Shown piece by piece: positions 1-8,085 of a stretch of DNA of 64,000 bases. The DNA lies in NCBI GenBank assembly GCA_934101145.1, contig CAKOPZ010000001.1, positions 5,279 through 69,278 of the forward strand, in the 5' to 3' direction. The translations under genes and the position numbers were made by a program. The first letter of the stretch is position 1. Every line of letters begins with the position of its first letter. The DNA comes from an uncultured Clostridia bacterium (GTDB lineage: Bacteria > Bacillota > Clostridia > TANB77 > CAG-508). The notes below the pieces were generated by a model. The model ran no database searches, had not been told where the DNA came from, and saw only the letters and a program-made list of their open reading frames with translations.

Positions 1-1
1 T

Positions 2-271
2 TATGCAGGTTGGAATATTGAAAAATATACTCCGACAGAGATTACTATATATAAAGAATTTTCAGGAATTTGTAATGAGCATTATATCGTAAAGAAAAAT
101 GGTGATGTTTTAGGGATTTATATAGAAAATGATGATGGAGTAGAAGAATGGTTAGAGGACACACAAATTGAGGTTCAATATTTACCAGAAGAAGATGCCA
201 AAGATTTTGAAGTTGGTGTAAAAGTAGTAGGTAAAACTAATTTAAATTTATTTTTGGAAGATTATGAATAA
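2..271 (+). CDS. 3' end of a hypothetical protein gene (5' end outside the window)
   Basis: Frame 2 is open from the window edge to TAA 269-271 (...GVKVVGKTNLNLFLEDYE*). A hairpin terminator follows. Family not recognised; only a vague resemblance to BofC-type sporulation domains. Confidence 0.45.
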   Translation, partial: YAGWNIEKYTPTEITIYKEFSGICNEHYIVKKNGDVLGIYIENDDGVEEWLEDTQIEVQYLPEEDAKDFEVGVKVVGKTNLNLFLEDYE

Positions 272-277
272 GAAAAA

Positions 278-312
278 GAAGCTAGATTAATTGTTAAAAT
301 TAAACTAGCTTC
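278..312. terminator. Hairpin between convergent genes (bidirectional terminator candidate)
   Basis: GAAGCTAG (278-285) pairs with CTAGCTTC (305-312). An inner TTAATT/AATTAA pairing extends the stem, and a T-rich tract follows. Confidence 0.55.
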
Positions 313-318
313 TCTTTT

Positions 319-921
319 CTAAACTTGTTTTGAATTATCTATTTTTAAATTTTCTTTTTTCAAATATCCTTGTTGATAGAATGTTCTAAAATACATTATA
401 AGTGAAAATACTGTTGCAACAAGCGCCAAATAATATAAATAAATATCAAAGTGAGGTAGAGGGCTAAGACTGTATTCTGGATGCGAAGCTAAACCACTAT
501 TCCAGTAAGTTACTATAAATGAACATACAATTGCAATATAAAATATTACAGTTGCCATTTTTCCAAACCATCTACTTGAAACAACAAGCTCTTTTCCATA
601 AAGAAATGAAGCTCCTGCTATCATTGCAAATTCCTTTACAAATACAACTATTAGCATCCATAGTGGAATTATTCCTTTAAATGTTAGAGCTGCAAGTATT
701 GAAATTTGTGTAGCTTTATCTGCAAGTGGGTCAATTAACTTTCCAAAGTTTGTAATACAATTAAATTTTCTTGCAATAATTCCATCAAGTACATCTGTCA
801 AGCCTGATATAGTAAGAACTATAAATGCTGGTATATATTGCTCAGTAAATATAAAAAATAAAATAAATGGTATTAAAAAAAATCGTATAATTGTTAAAAT
901 ATTTGGTACATGCTTTATCAT
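319..921 (-). CDS. pgsA: CDP-diacylglycerol--glycerol-3-phosphate 3-phosphatidyltransferase
   Basis: 200-aa multi-TM protein with the CDP-alcohol phosphatidyltransferase signature D-G-x2-A-R-x8-G-x3-D-x3-D (DVLDGIIARKFNCITNFGKLIDPLADK). Confidence 0.9.
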   Translation of the reverse strand: MIKHVPNILTIIRFFLIPFILFFIFTEQYIPAFIVLTISGLTDVLDGIIARKFNCITNFGKLIDPLADKATQISILAALTFKGIIPLWMLIVVFVKEFAMIAGASFLYGKELVVSSRWFGKMATVIFYIAIVCSFIVTYWNSGLASHPEYSLSPLPHFDIYLYYLALVATVFSLIMYFRTFYQQGYLKKENLKIDNSKQV

Positions 922-935
922 ATTTTTTCCTCTTT

Positions 936-3269
936 CTAATCTGTTATTTCAAAATTTAGACAATTTCCATCTGAATTAACGCATACTTTTTTTCCAGATG
1001 TTAATTCAGATCTTAATATCATATCTGAAAGTTCATCTTCAAGATATCTTTGAATTGCTCTTCTTAAAGGTCTTGCACCATATTTGATGTCAGTTCCCTT
1101 ATTAAGTATGTATTTTTTAGCTTCATCAGATATTGCGATAGAAATATTTTTATCTTCTAATGATTTTCGTGTATCATCCAACATTAAATCAATAATTTTA
1201 ATTAATTGAGACTCTGTTAATTGATTAAATACGACAATTTCATCAACTCTATTTAAAAATTCTGGTCTAAATGTTTCTTTTAATGCATCCATCATTTTTG
1301 ATTGATTTGCAGGAGTAATTCCAAATCCGATAGAATTTGTATTTAAGTTAGAACCTGCATTTGATGTCATAATAATTATTGTATTTTCAAAACTTACAGT
1401 ATTTCCCTGACTATCAGTTAGACGTCCATCATCTAAAACTTGTAGTAAGATATTAAATACATCTGGATGAGCTTTCTCTATTTCGTCAAGTAAAACTATA
1501 GAATAAGGGTTTCTTTTAACCTTTTCTGTTAGTTGGCCAGCATCATCATATCCTACATATCCTGGAGGTGAACCAATCAATTTTGATGTTGAGTGGCTTT
1601 CCATATATTCTGACATATCAATTCTTATAATTGAATTTTCATTTCCAAACATCTCATAAGCTAGGCTTTTAGCAAGTTCTGTTTTACCAACACCTGTAGG
1701 CCCTACAAAAATAAATGAAGGTGGTCTTTTTGTGCTTTTTAGTCCTGCTCTATTTCTTTTTATAGCTCTTGAAACTGCCTCTACTGCTTCATCTTGTCCA
1801 ACAACTCTTTGATGTAAATTGTTTTCTAAGTTTAATAGTTTTTGAGTTTCTGCTTCTGTAATTTTTTTAACAGGTATTTTTGTCCAGTTTTCAATAACTT
1901 CTGCAATATCTTGAACAGTCAAATTCTTTAATTTTACTTTTTTAGATAAATCATTTATTTGCTCTGTTAAGGCACATTCTTTAGTTTTAAGCTCTGCAGC
2001 TTTTTGGTAATCTTCTGTAGAATCAGCTTGAGCTGCTTCTTCTTTTTCCTCTAGAACTTTTGCAAGGTCATTTTTTAGAACTTCTAATTGATATAGTTCT
2101 TTATTATTCAAATTGATTCTTGAACATGCTTCATCTAAAATATCAATTGCTTTATCAGGTAAAAATCTATCATGAATATATTTTTCAGACATAATTACAG
2201 TTTGCTTAATTACATCATTTGAAATTTTAACTTTGTGAAATTCTTCATAATATTTTTTTATACCTTCAAGAATGTCAATTGAATCAGATATAGAAGGCTC
2301 AACAACCATAATAGGTTGAAATCTACGCTCTAAAGCGCTATCTTTTTCAATATATTTTCGATATTCTTTTAAAGTAGTTGTTCCAATTAATTGAATTTCT
2401 CCATTTGAAAGAGAAGGTTTTAGAATATTTGCAGCATTCATAGAATGTTCAGCATCACCTGCTCCAATAATATTGTGAATTTCATCAATAACTAAAATAA
2501 TATTTCCAAGTGATTTACATTCATCAATAATTGCTTTCATTCTTGATTCAAATTGACCTCTAAACTGTGTTCCAGCAATTATGGCAGTCATATCAAGTAA
2601 ATATACTTCTTTATTTAAAAGTTTTGCAGGAACTTTTCCCTCTGCGATCTTAATTGCCAAGCCTTGTGCAATTGCTGTTTTACCAACACCTGGTTCACCG
2701 ATAAGACAAGGATTATTTTTAGAACGTCTATTTAAAATTTGAATCATTCTTTGAATTTCTTTATCTCTTCCGATAATTGCATCAAGCTGATTATTTTTTG
2801 CTTTTTGTGTTAAATTGGTGCCATATGTTTCTAGAGTTTTTCTTTTCTTAGATTTTTTATCAACTTTAACTTTTTTCTTTTCTCTACTATTTGAATTATC
2901 ATTTTCATTGTTTGATGCTCCAAACATATTAGAAAAAATTGATCCAAGAGGAATAGCACCAAATTGCATTCCGGACATTTCAGGATTATCGTCATCTGAG
3001 TCATTATCTTCGATATTCATTAAATTTTCTTGTAAATCCTTAAGATCGCCATTTTCAGACATATCATTAAACATGGCTTCAAATTGTTCTGTCATATTTG
3101 ATAAATCTTCTTCAGAGATATTAGCTTGTTTCATTAAATTATCAAGAGGATTAATTCCTCTTTTTTTTGCACAATCATAGCACAATCCTTCAATAGAAGT
3201 TTTACCATTATCATCTTGTTTATTAATAAAAACAACAGCATTGTTCTTATTACATTGTGAACATATCAT
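936..3269 (-). CDS. clpE: ATP-dependent Clp protease ATP-binding subunit, ClpE-like (ClpA/B/C family)
   Basis: 777 aa. N-terminal CxxC...CxxC zinc ribbon (CSQC...CYDC) as in ClpE. Two AAA+ modules with Walker A motifs GEPGVGKT and GPTGVGKT. RBS AAAGGAGA upstream. Confidence 0.88.
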   Translation of the reverse strand: MICSQCNKNNAVVFINKQDDNGKTSIEGLCYDCAKKRGINPLDNLMKQANISEEDLSNMTEQFEAMFNDMSENGDLKDLQENLMNIEDNDSDDDNPEMSGMQFGAIPLGSIFSNMFGASNNENDNSNSREKKKVKVDKKSKKRKTLETYGTNLTQKAKNNQLDAIIGRDKEIQRMIQILNRRSKNNPCLIGEPGVGKTAIAQGLAIKIAEGKVPAKLLNKEVYLLDMTAIIAGTQFRGQFESRMKAIIDECKSLGNIILVIDEIHNIIGAGDAEHSMNAANILKPSLSNGEIQLIGTTTLKEYRKYIEKDSALERRFQPIMVVEPSISDSIDILEGIKKYYEEFHKVKISNDVIKQTVIMSEKYIHDRFLPDKAIDILDEACSRINLNNKELYQLEVLKNDLAKVLEEKEEAAQADSTEDYQKAAELKTKECALTEQINDLSKKVKLKNLTVQDIAEVIENWTKIPVKKITEAETQKLLNLENNLHQRVVGQDEAVEAVSRAIKRNRAGLKSTKRPPSFIFVGPTGVGKTELAKSLAYEMFGNENSIIRIDMSEYMESHSTSKLIGSPPGYVGYDDAGQLTEKVKRNPYSIVLLDEIEKAHPDVFNILLQVLDDGRLTDSQGNTVSFENTIIIMTSNAGSNLNTNSIGFGITPANQSKMMDALKETFRPEFLNRVDEIVVFNQLTESQLIKIIDLMLDDTRKSLEDKNISIAISDEAKKYILNKGTDIKYGARPLRRAIQRYLEDELSDMILRSELTSGKKVCVNSDGNCLNFEITD

Positions 3270-3309
3270 ATATATAAATGTCTCCTTTATTTATAAAATT
3301 ACAATATAT

Positions 3310-3338
3310 ATCATACCTCAAAAACAGGGCTTAGTCAA
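3310..3338 (-). promoter_or_regulatory. Sigma-A-type promoter candidate for clpE-like gene
   Basis: On the minus strand: TTGACT (3338-3333), 17-nt spacer, TATGAT (3315-3310), about 40 nt upstream of the start codon. Confidence 0.4.
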
Positions 3339-3400
3339 TAAAAACAAAGTAAAGTTAATAGAATAATAAGAAACTACTATCAGTAAAATGTGATAGTAGT

Positions 3401-3655
3401 TCATCTAATAGAAAGTAATTCTTTGGAAGTCTGAAATTTCTTTTTTGGATATGGGATGGGTTCGTCAGTTCTGTATAAAAGGTAATCGATGCTTGTATGA
3501 TAATAATCAGCAAGTGATGACAATATCTCTAATGGGATACTTCTTTTATTTATTTCGTAATATGAATAGGCAACTTGTGATATATTAAGCATTTTGCTTA
3601 ATTGTTTTTGAGTAAGATCGTGATCTTCTCTTAGACTTTTTAGACGAGTTTCCAT
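3401..3655 (-). CDS. XRE-family helix-turn-helix transcriptional regulator
   Basis: 84 aa. N-terminal HTH_3 pattern (LKSLREDHDLTQKQLSKMLNISQVAYSYYEINKRSIPLEILSSLADYY). Divergent from the pilin-like locus. Confidence 0.85.
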   Translation of the reverse strand: METRLKSLREDHDLTQKQLSKMLNISQVAYSYYEINKRSIPLEILSSLADYYHTSIDYLLYRTDEPIPYPKKKFQTSKELLSIR

Positions 3656-3795
3656 ATAAAATTCCTTTCAAGTATAATAATTTTCTAAAATTGGTAAATA
3701 CTAATAAAAATTATAGAATAAAACAATATGTTATATTGCAATTTAAAACAAATTGTTGTACAATATTTCCAATATCAAAAGAAAGGAGTGTTTAA

Positions 3796-5028
3796 ATGAA
3801 CAAATTAAATGGAGAGGAAAGAAGGTTAAAGCTGAAAAACAACACAGAGACAGGAATTACGCTAATTGCATTAGTCGTAACTATTGTGGTTTTAATAATA
3901 CTTGCAACAGTAAGCATCAATGCAGTGCTAGGACAAAATGGAATAATAGGGAAGGCAAAGCAGGCGAAGGAGTCATATGAAAAAAGTGTAAAAGCAGAAG
4001 ATACAGCAATGCAGGAATTACTAAATGAAATGGCACAATATAATGCAGGAAGTTCATCTGACGATGGAAAAGTTACATTACCAGATGGATGGGATGGAGA
4101 CAAAGTAAATCCAGTAAAAAGTGAAGATAACGTAGTTGTGCCAGTGCCAAAAGGATATACAGCTTCAACAGTTGAAGGGGAAAAGAGTGTATCAACAGGA
4201 TTTGTAATAAAAGAAGGAAACGATGGAAGCAAAACAGAAGGAATAAATGAATTTGTGTGGGTGCCTGTAAGTAATATATCAGATATATATGATGAGGCAA
4301 ATAATGCGGGACAATTATGGGAGTTTAGTGGAACAACATCTACAAAAATCACACCTTCAAGTAGTCGCGAGCCTAATATAGTAGTAGGTTTTAGGGGGAG
4401 TCTCGATGCAGACAACACTAATCTACAACAAGCAGGCTTATCAAGTACAGCAACAGCAAGTGATTTTAAGACACAATTACAAAATGAATTTAATGAGATG
4501 ATAAATAGTGTAAAAACATATGGAGGATTTTATATAGGAAGATTTGAAACAGGAAATCTCAGTCAAACAAAGGCAGTAGTGCAAAAGAATAATACAGATA
4601 TAGAAAGTCAAACATGGTATACACAATATAAACTATGTAAAACAATAAAAACAAATGATAATGTAACAACAAGTATGATATGGGGATGTCAATGGGATGC
4701 AACATTAAGATGGATGCAAACAAATACAAATTCAGAAGTGGCAAATTTTCCAACAAATTCAACTGGAAAGGGAAATTATAAAGATATAAATGGAAATGTA
4801 TTAATACCAACAGGATCAAACAGTAGCTATGCAGTAAATAACATATATGATATGGCAGGAAATGTATATGATTGGACAATTGAGGCAGGCAGTGCGAATT
4901 TTCGTGTTCTACGCGGAGGTGATTGCGGCGGTACAGGTTCGGATTACCCAGCTAGCTATCGTAGGAACGGCGATCCGACCGATATGGGTTTCTCCTCTGC
5001 TTGTAGGTCCACACTTTATATAAAGTAA
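3796..5028 (+). CDS. Pilin-like leader/TM anchor fused to an FGE-sulfatase (SUMF1, C-type-lectin-fold) domain protein
   Basis: 410 aa; RBS AAAGGAG. N-terminus ...ETGITLIALVVTIVVLIILATVSINAVLGQNGII resembles a prepilin-type cleavage/methylation segment, with Ala in place of the usual Glu at +5. C-terminal motifs GFYIGRFE, WGCQWDA, NIYDMAGNVYDWT and RVLRGG are typical of the FGE-sulfatase domain. Confidence 0.8.
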   Translation: MNKLNGEERRLKLKNNTETGITLIALVVTIVVLIILATVSINAVLGQNGIIGKAKQAKESYEKSVKAEDTAMQELLNEMAQYNAGSSSDDGKVTLPDGWDGDKVNPVKSEDNVVVPVPKGYTASTVEGEKSVSTGFVIKEGNDGSKTEGINEFVWVPVSNISDIYDEANNAGQLWEFSGTTSTKITPSSSREPNIVVGFRGSLDADNTNLQQAGLSSTATASDFKTQLQNEFNEMINSVKTYGGFYIGRFETGNLSQTKAVVQKNNTDIESQTWYTQYKLCKTIKTNDNVTTSMIWGCQWDATLRWMQTNTNSEVANFPTNSTGKGNYKDINGNVLIPTGSNSSYAVNNIYDMAGNVYDWTIEAGSANFRVLRGGDCGGTGSDYPASYRRNGDPTDMGFSSACRSTLYIK

Positions 5029-5421
5029 CCTGGGGCTAATCTGACGTAGGGACATAAAATTGGAAAAAATTACAAATGGAAAATAGTGTTTATGGACCTT
5101 GTCAAGTCTGGTTGTTTATGAGATAATAAAAATGTAGTTTTTTTCCAACATAAAAATGTAGGAAAACCTACATTTTTCTTTTTGCTTAAAAAGGTAAAAA
5201 ATGGTAAAATATAAGTGTTCAAAACAAATTTTACGAAAGAAGGTGTTTTTATGTATTATAATACGTAAAAAGAAATTACAACAGAAAATTTAGAGGACAG
5301 TTATTAACAAAAAGTAATAAAAGTATTGCAATTTGTGAGTAGCAAATGATAAAATGAAGAAGTGAAAAATAAACAAAAGGAGCACACAAAAGAAATGAAA
5401 TATGAAACCGTTGGGGCTGTA

Positions 5422-5443
5422 AGAGAGAGAGAGAGAGAGAGAG
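5422..5443. repeat. (AG)11 dinucleotide microsatellite
   Basis: 22 nt of uninterrupted AG repeats in the intergenic region between the two pilin-like genes. It lies inside a 19-codon mini-ORF (5395-5454) that has an AAAGGAG RBS. Confidence 0.95.
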
Positions 5444-5781
5444 CCACAGTTTAGCAAAATAAATATAGAAGAAAATAGAGGCAAAAAGCCTCTATTTGTG
5501 ATAGAGAAAAAGACAGAGAACAAACAGATTGTATTAAACAAGAAGACTGAAAAGTTTTTAAGGTTAATGCAGTTATAGAATAGTTTGTTATCTGTCTTTT
5601 TTGTGTGGTTGTTAGAATTGAACATATATAATTTGTGTGCTTAATTAAATGAGGTGATGTGCAGAAATAATGAATTATTTTGATTTTGTATGAAATTGAA
5701 GAGTTAGAAAATAGTTAAGATAAAATAAAAAATTATATTCGATGTAAAAATGAAATATAAATAAAAGGAGGAATTTATATA

Positions 5782-7051
5782 ATGAAAGATAAAAAAGAGA
5801 CAGGTATTACGCTTATTGCTTTAGTTGTAACAATAGTAGTTTTGATAATACTTGCAACAGTAAGTATAAATGCAGTACTAGGACAAAATGGAATCATAAA
5901 AAAAGCAAAACAGGCAAAAGAGATGTATCAGGAAGCAAAAACAAATGAAGAAATTGAATTAAATAGTTTATTTTCCGAAATGGAAAAATTTTTTGATGAA
6001 AATAAGGATTCTGTAGAAGGAACATTATTAGTACTTGAAGAAAATGAAGATAGCATAAAAGTAAAAATGACAAGAGATGGGGCAGAGAAATATCAATTTA
6101 GTTTGGATGGCACTAATTGGAGTCCTGAACAAGGTGAAGATGAATATACATTTAAGAATCTTGCCAAAACGATGGTTAATAATGAGAATTATCAAGAGAT
6201 AACTGGAACAGAATATAAAGTATATTCAAAAGTAATAGATAGTGATGGAGAGGAGTTTGTATATGGTCCTATATATGCAAAAACTTCAGTGATTGTAGAG
6301 GGAGATTCAAAATATTTGGAATACGAAGAAGAAAATGGAGAAATAACTATTACAGGAATATTATACAATCAGGATTATCAATTAAATAGTTTAGAAGATA
6401 TGGAGAACATGTTAGCATCTCCAGAAAAAATACTAATTCCATCATATATAGATGGAAAACCAGTTACAAGAATATCAGAAGAATTAATAAAAGAGATGAC
6501 GACTACATTAAAAGAAAAAGATGAAAATGTACATGTGTGGGCAAAAAATAATGAGCGGTTGGGGCTACATGGCTAATCAATTAGTAGTAAAAGAAACGGG
6601 TGATTATAGTCCATTAAAAATTTTTAAAAATGCCCAAGAAACTATTGATTTTTATTTATTGTATGAAAATGCATATAGAGTAATAAAGAAAGTAACAAGT
6701 GATCACGAGCTCGGAGAACCACAGGGGAACTTTAAAATAAGGTCTTATGAGTTAGTGATACCTCCTAGTGTAAAAGAATATGTGGATAATACTAAGATAA
6801 GTAGCGTAAAAACAAAAAATATTGTATATTCAAATAATAGTAATGAAAGAAATATAGTAATGACTAATCTCATTATTGGTAAGACAAGATTAAAATTAGA
6901 AAATTTTTTGGATTTTAATAATATAGATAAAAGTGATTATTCAAAGTTAACTTTTTTAGGAAAAAAGAATTTGAATGAAATACAAAACAACAGTAGCTTA
7001 AACATGGCATTAGAACAAGCAACTAATTCGGAAATTGAATTTATAAATTAA
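5782..7051 (+). CDS. Pilin-like leader/TM anchor protein with a different C-terminal module; needs a +1 frameshift at CGG 6556-6558 (a conventional annotation would call it split or a pseudogene)
   Basis: The two ORFs 5782-6576 (frame 1) and 6521-7051 (frame 2) overlap. Joined length is about 422 aa, versus 410 aa for the paralog. The N-terminal ~55 aa are near-identical to the 3796 gene. RBS AAGGAGG. The only in-frame CGG lies in the overlap. Confidence 0.6.
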
Positions 7052-7085
7052 ATAAATGGATAAATATTTTTATAATCAAATGAGA

Positions 7086-7112
7086 TGCAGACCTACACTT
7101 TATATAAAATAA
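7086..7112 (+). other. Orphan 3' gene remnant (last 8 codons plus stop of an FGE-type pilin-like gene)
   Basis: tgc aga cct aca ctt tat ata aaa taa (CRPTLYIK*) matches the end of the 3796-5028 gene, tgt agg tcc aca ctt tat ata aag taa (CRSTLYIK*). It lies 35 nt after the stop of the 5782-7051 gene. Confidence 0.5.
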
Positions 7113-7118
7113 CATATT

Positions 7119-7167
7119 CCTACGAAGATAAAATATCAAAAATATTTCACCTTCGTAGGTTTTTTTT
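7119..7167 (+). terminator. Intrinsic terminator candidate
   Basis: CCTACGAAG (7119-7127) pairs with CTTCGTAGG (7151-7159), followed by a run of 8 T. The loop is long (23 nt). Confidence 0.55.
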
Positions 7168-7237
7168 ATTTACAAAAAGTGTGGCAAATGATACAATATG
7201 AGTATTAAAAACAATTTTTTTAGAAATGAGGAATAAC

Positions 7238-8068
7238 ATGAAAACACCAAAAGTATTGTATATATTAATTGCGGTTTTTTGTACATTTGCAATAATTGCA
7301 GGAGTGTATGCACAATTTATAGAAGGAAAATCTTCTAGTCGTACAAATGAGGTTGGAAATCAAACAGAAACAGTAAAAGATAGGGAAGCCATAAAGGCAG
7401 AATTTAATGAGCTATTTACAAATACTTTAAATTTAAATGGTTATGATACAACTGCAATAGTTAGATTTAAAGCAGATAAAGAAATTGTTTATCCAATGGA
7501 AAAAACTGAAAATACAGATGCATATGAGATAGATATACATCTTCCTGTAATGAATATTAAGAGTGATGTAGCTAGTTCATTTAATAAGGTAACACAAGCC
7601 GTTTTTGCAAACAAAGCAAATGAAATTCTAAAACAGAAAGAGGCTACTACTTCAAAAACTCTATATTCTGTTGATTATGTTGCATATATAAATGGAGAGG
7701 TACTTTCTGTTGCTATTAAATCAACATTAAAAGAGGGAGATAATGCACAAAGAGTGATGATTCAAACATATAATTATAACTTAGTAACAGGTGCAGAGGT
7801 TAAATTAAGTGATATTGTAACGCAAAAAGCATATAACAAAGATGAAGTAAATAGTAAAATACAGCAAGTTGTAACAGAGGCAGATGCTGAATCTAAGGCT
7901 ATTGCAAGTGCAGGGTATAATGAAGTATATTCGAGAAATTTAGATGATAGTATGTACTTAGTAGATAATAGCTCAATATTTTTACTAGGACCTGATTCAA
8001 AACTATACATAATTTATGCATATGGAAATCAAAACTTTACTTCAGAAATGGATATTGTAGTATTTTAA
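7238..8068 (+). CDS. Membrane-anchored hypothetical protein (DUF4163/DUF3298, RsiV/PdaC-like pattern)
   Basis: N-terminal TM segment (VLYILIAVFCTFAIIAGVYA), then a soluble domain. The family assignment is from general resemblance only. Start chosen at the ATG with GAGGA 5 nt upstream; an alternative ATG is at 7226. Confidence 0.55.
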   Translation: MKTPKVLYILIAVFCTFAIIAGVYAQFIEGKSSSRTNEVGNQTETVKDREAIKAEFNELFTNTLNLNGYDTTAIVRFKADKEIVYPMEKTENTDAYEIDIHLPVMNIKSDVASSFNKVTQAVFANKANEILKQKEATTSKTLYSVDYVAYINGEVLSVAIKSTLKEGDNAQRVMIQTYNYNLVTGAEVKLSDIVTQKAYNKDEVNSKIQQVVTEADAESKAIASAGYNEVYSRNLDDSMYLVDNSSIFLLGPDSKLYIIYAYGNQNFTSEMDIVVF

Positions 8069-8085
8069 GTAAAAGGGGCTAGAAA

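Noticed and set aside
3270-3400. CtsR operator (GGTCAAA-N3-GGTCAAA) upstream of the clpE-like gene
   Set aside because: Only a partial heptad (AGTCAAT) overlaps the -35 and there is no second repeat, so the match is not convincing.
3792-4418. Other opposite-strand or overlapping ORFs in the track (3792-4418, 3753-3980, 2815-3180, 8766-9266, 28124-28468, 29100-29426, 37862-38500, 30443-30847, 62298-62591)
   Set aside because: Each overlaps a gene with unmistakable family motifs on the other strand or frame, has no SD, and has junk-like composition.
5236-5262. Five-codon mini-ORF (MYYNT*) with a GAAGGTG SD, considered as a leader peptide
   Set aside because: Too short, and there is no attenuator-like alternative structure or regulated gene immediately downstream.
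5290-5625. 111-aa minus-strand ORF in the intergenic region between the pilin-like genes
   Set aside because: Its translation is low-complexity (the LSLSLSLS run is just the (CT)n complement of the microsatellite). It has no RBS and spans hairpin terminators, so it is treated as non-coding.
5029-5781. Search for a DGR template repeat or reverse transcriptase next to the VR-like tail
   Set aside because: No sequence resembling 4900-5010 (for example the cgcggaggt core with A substitutions) occurs here or elsewhere in the window. No ORF has RT motifs. The DGR idea is therefore kept only as a hypothesis requiring the whole genome.
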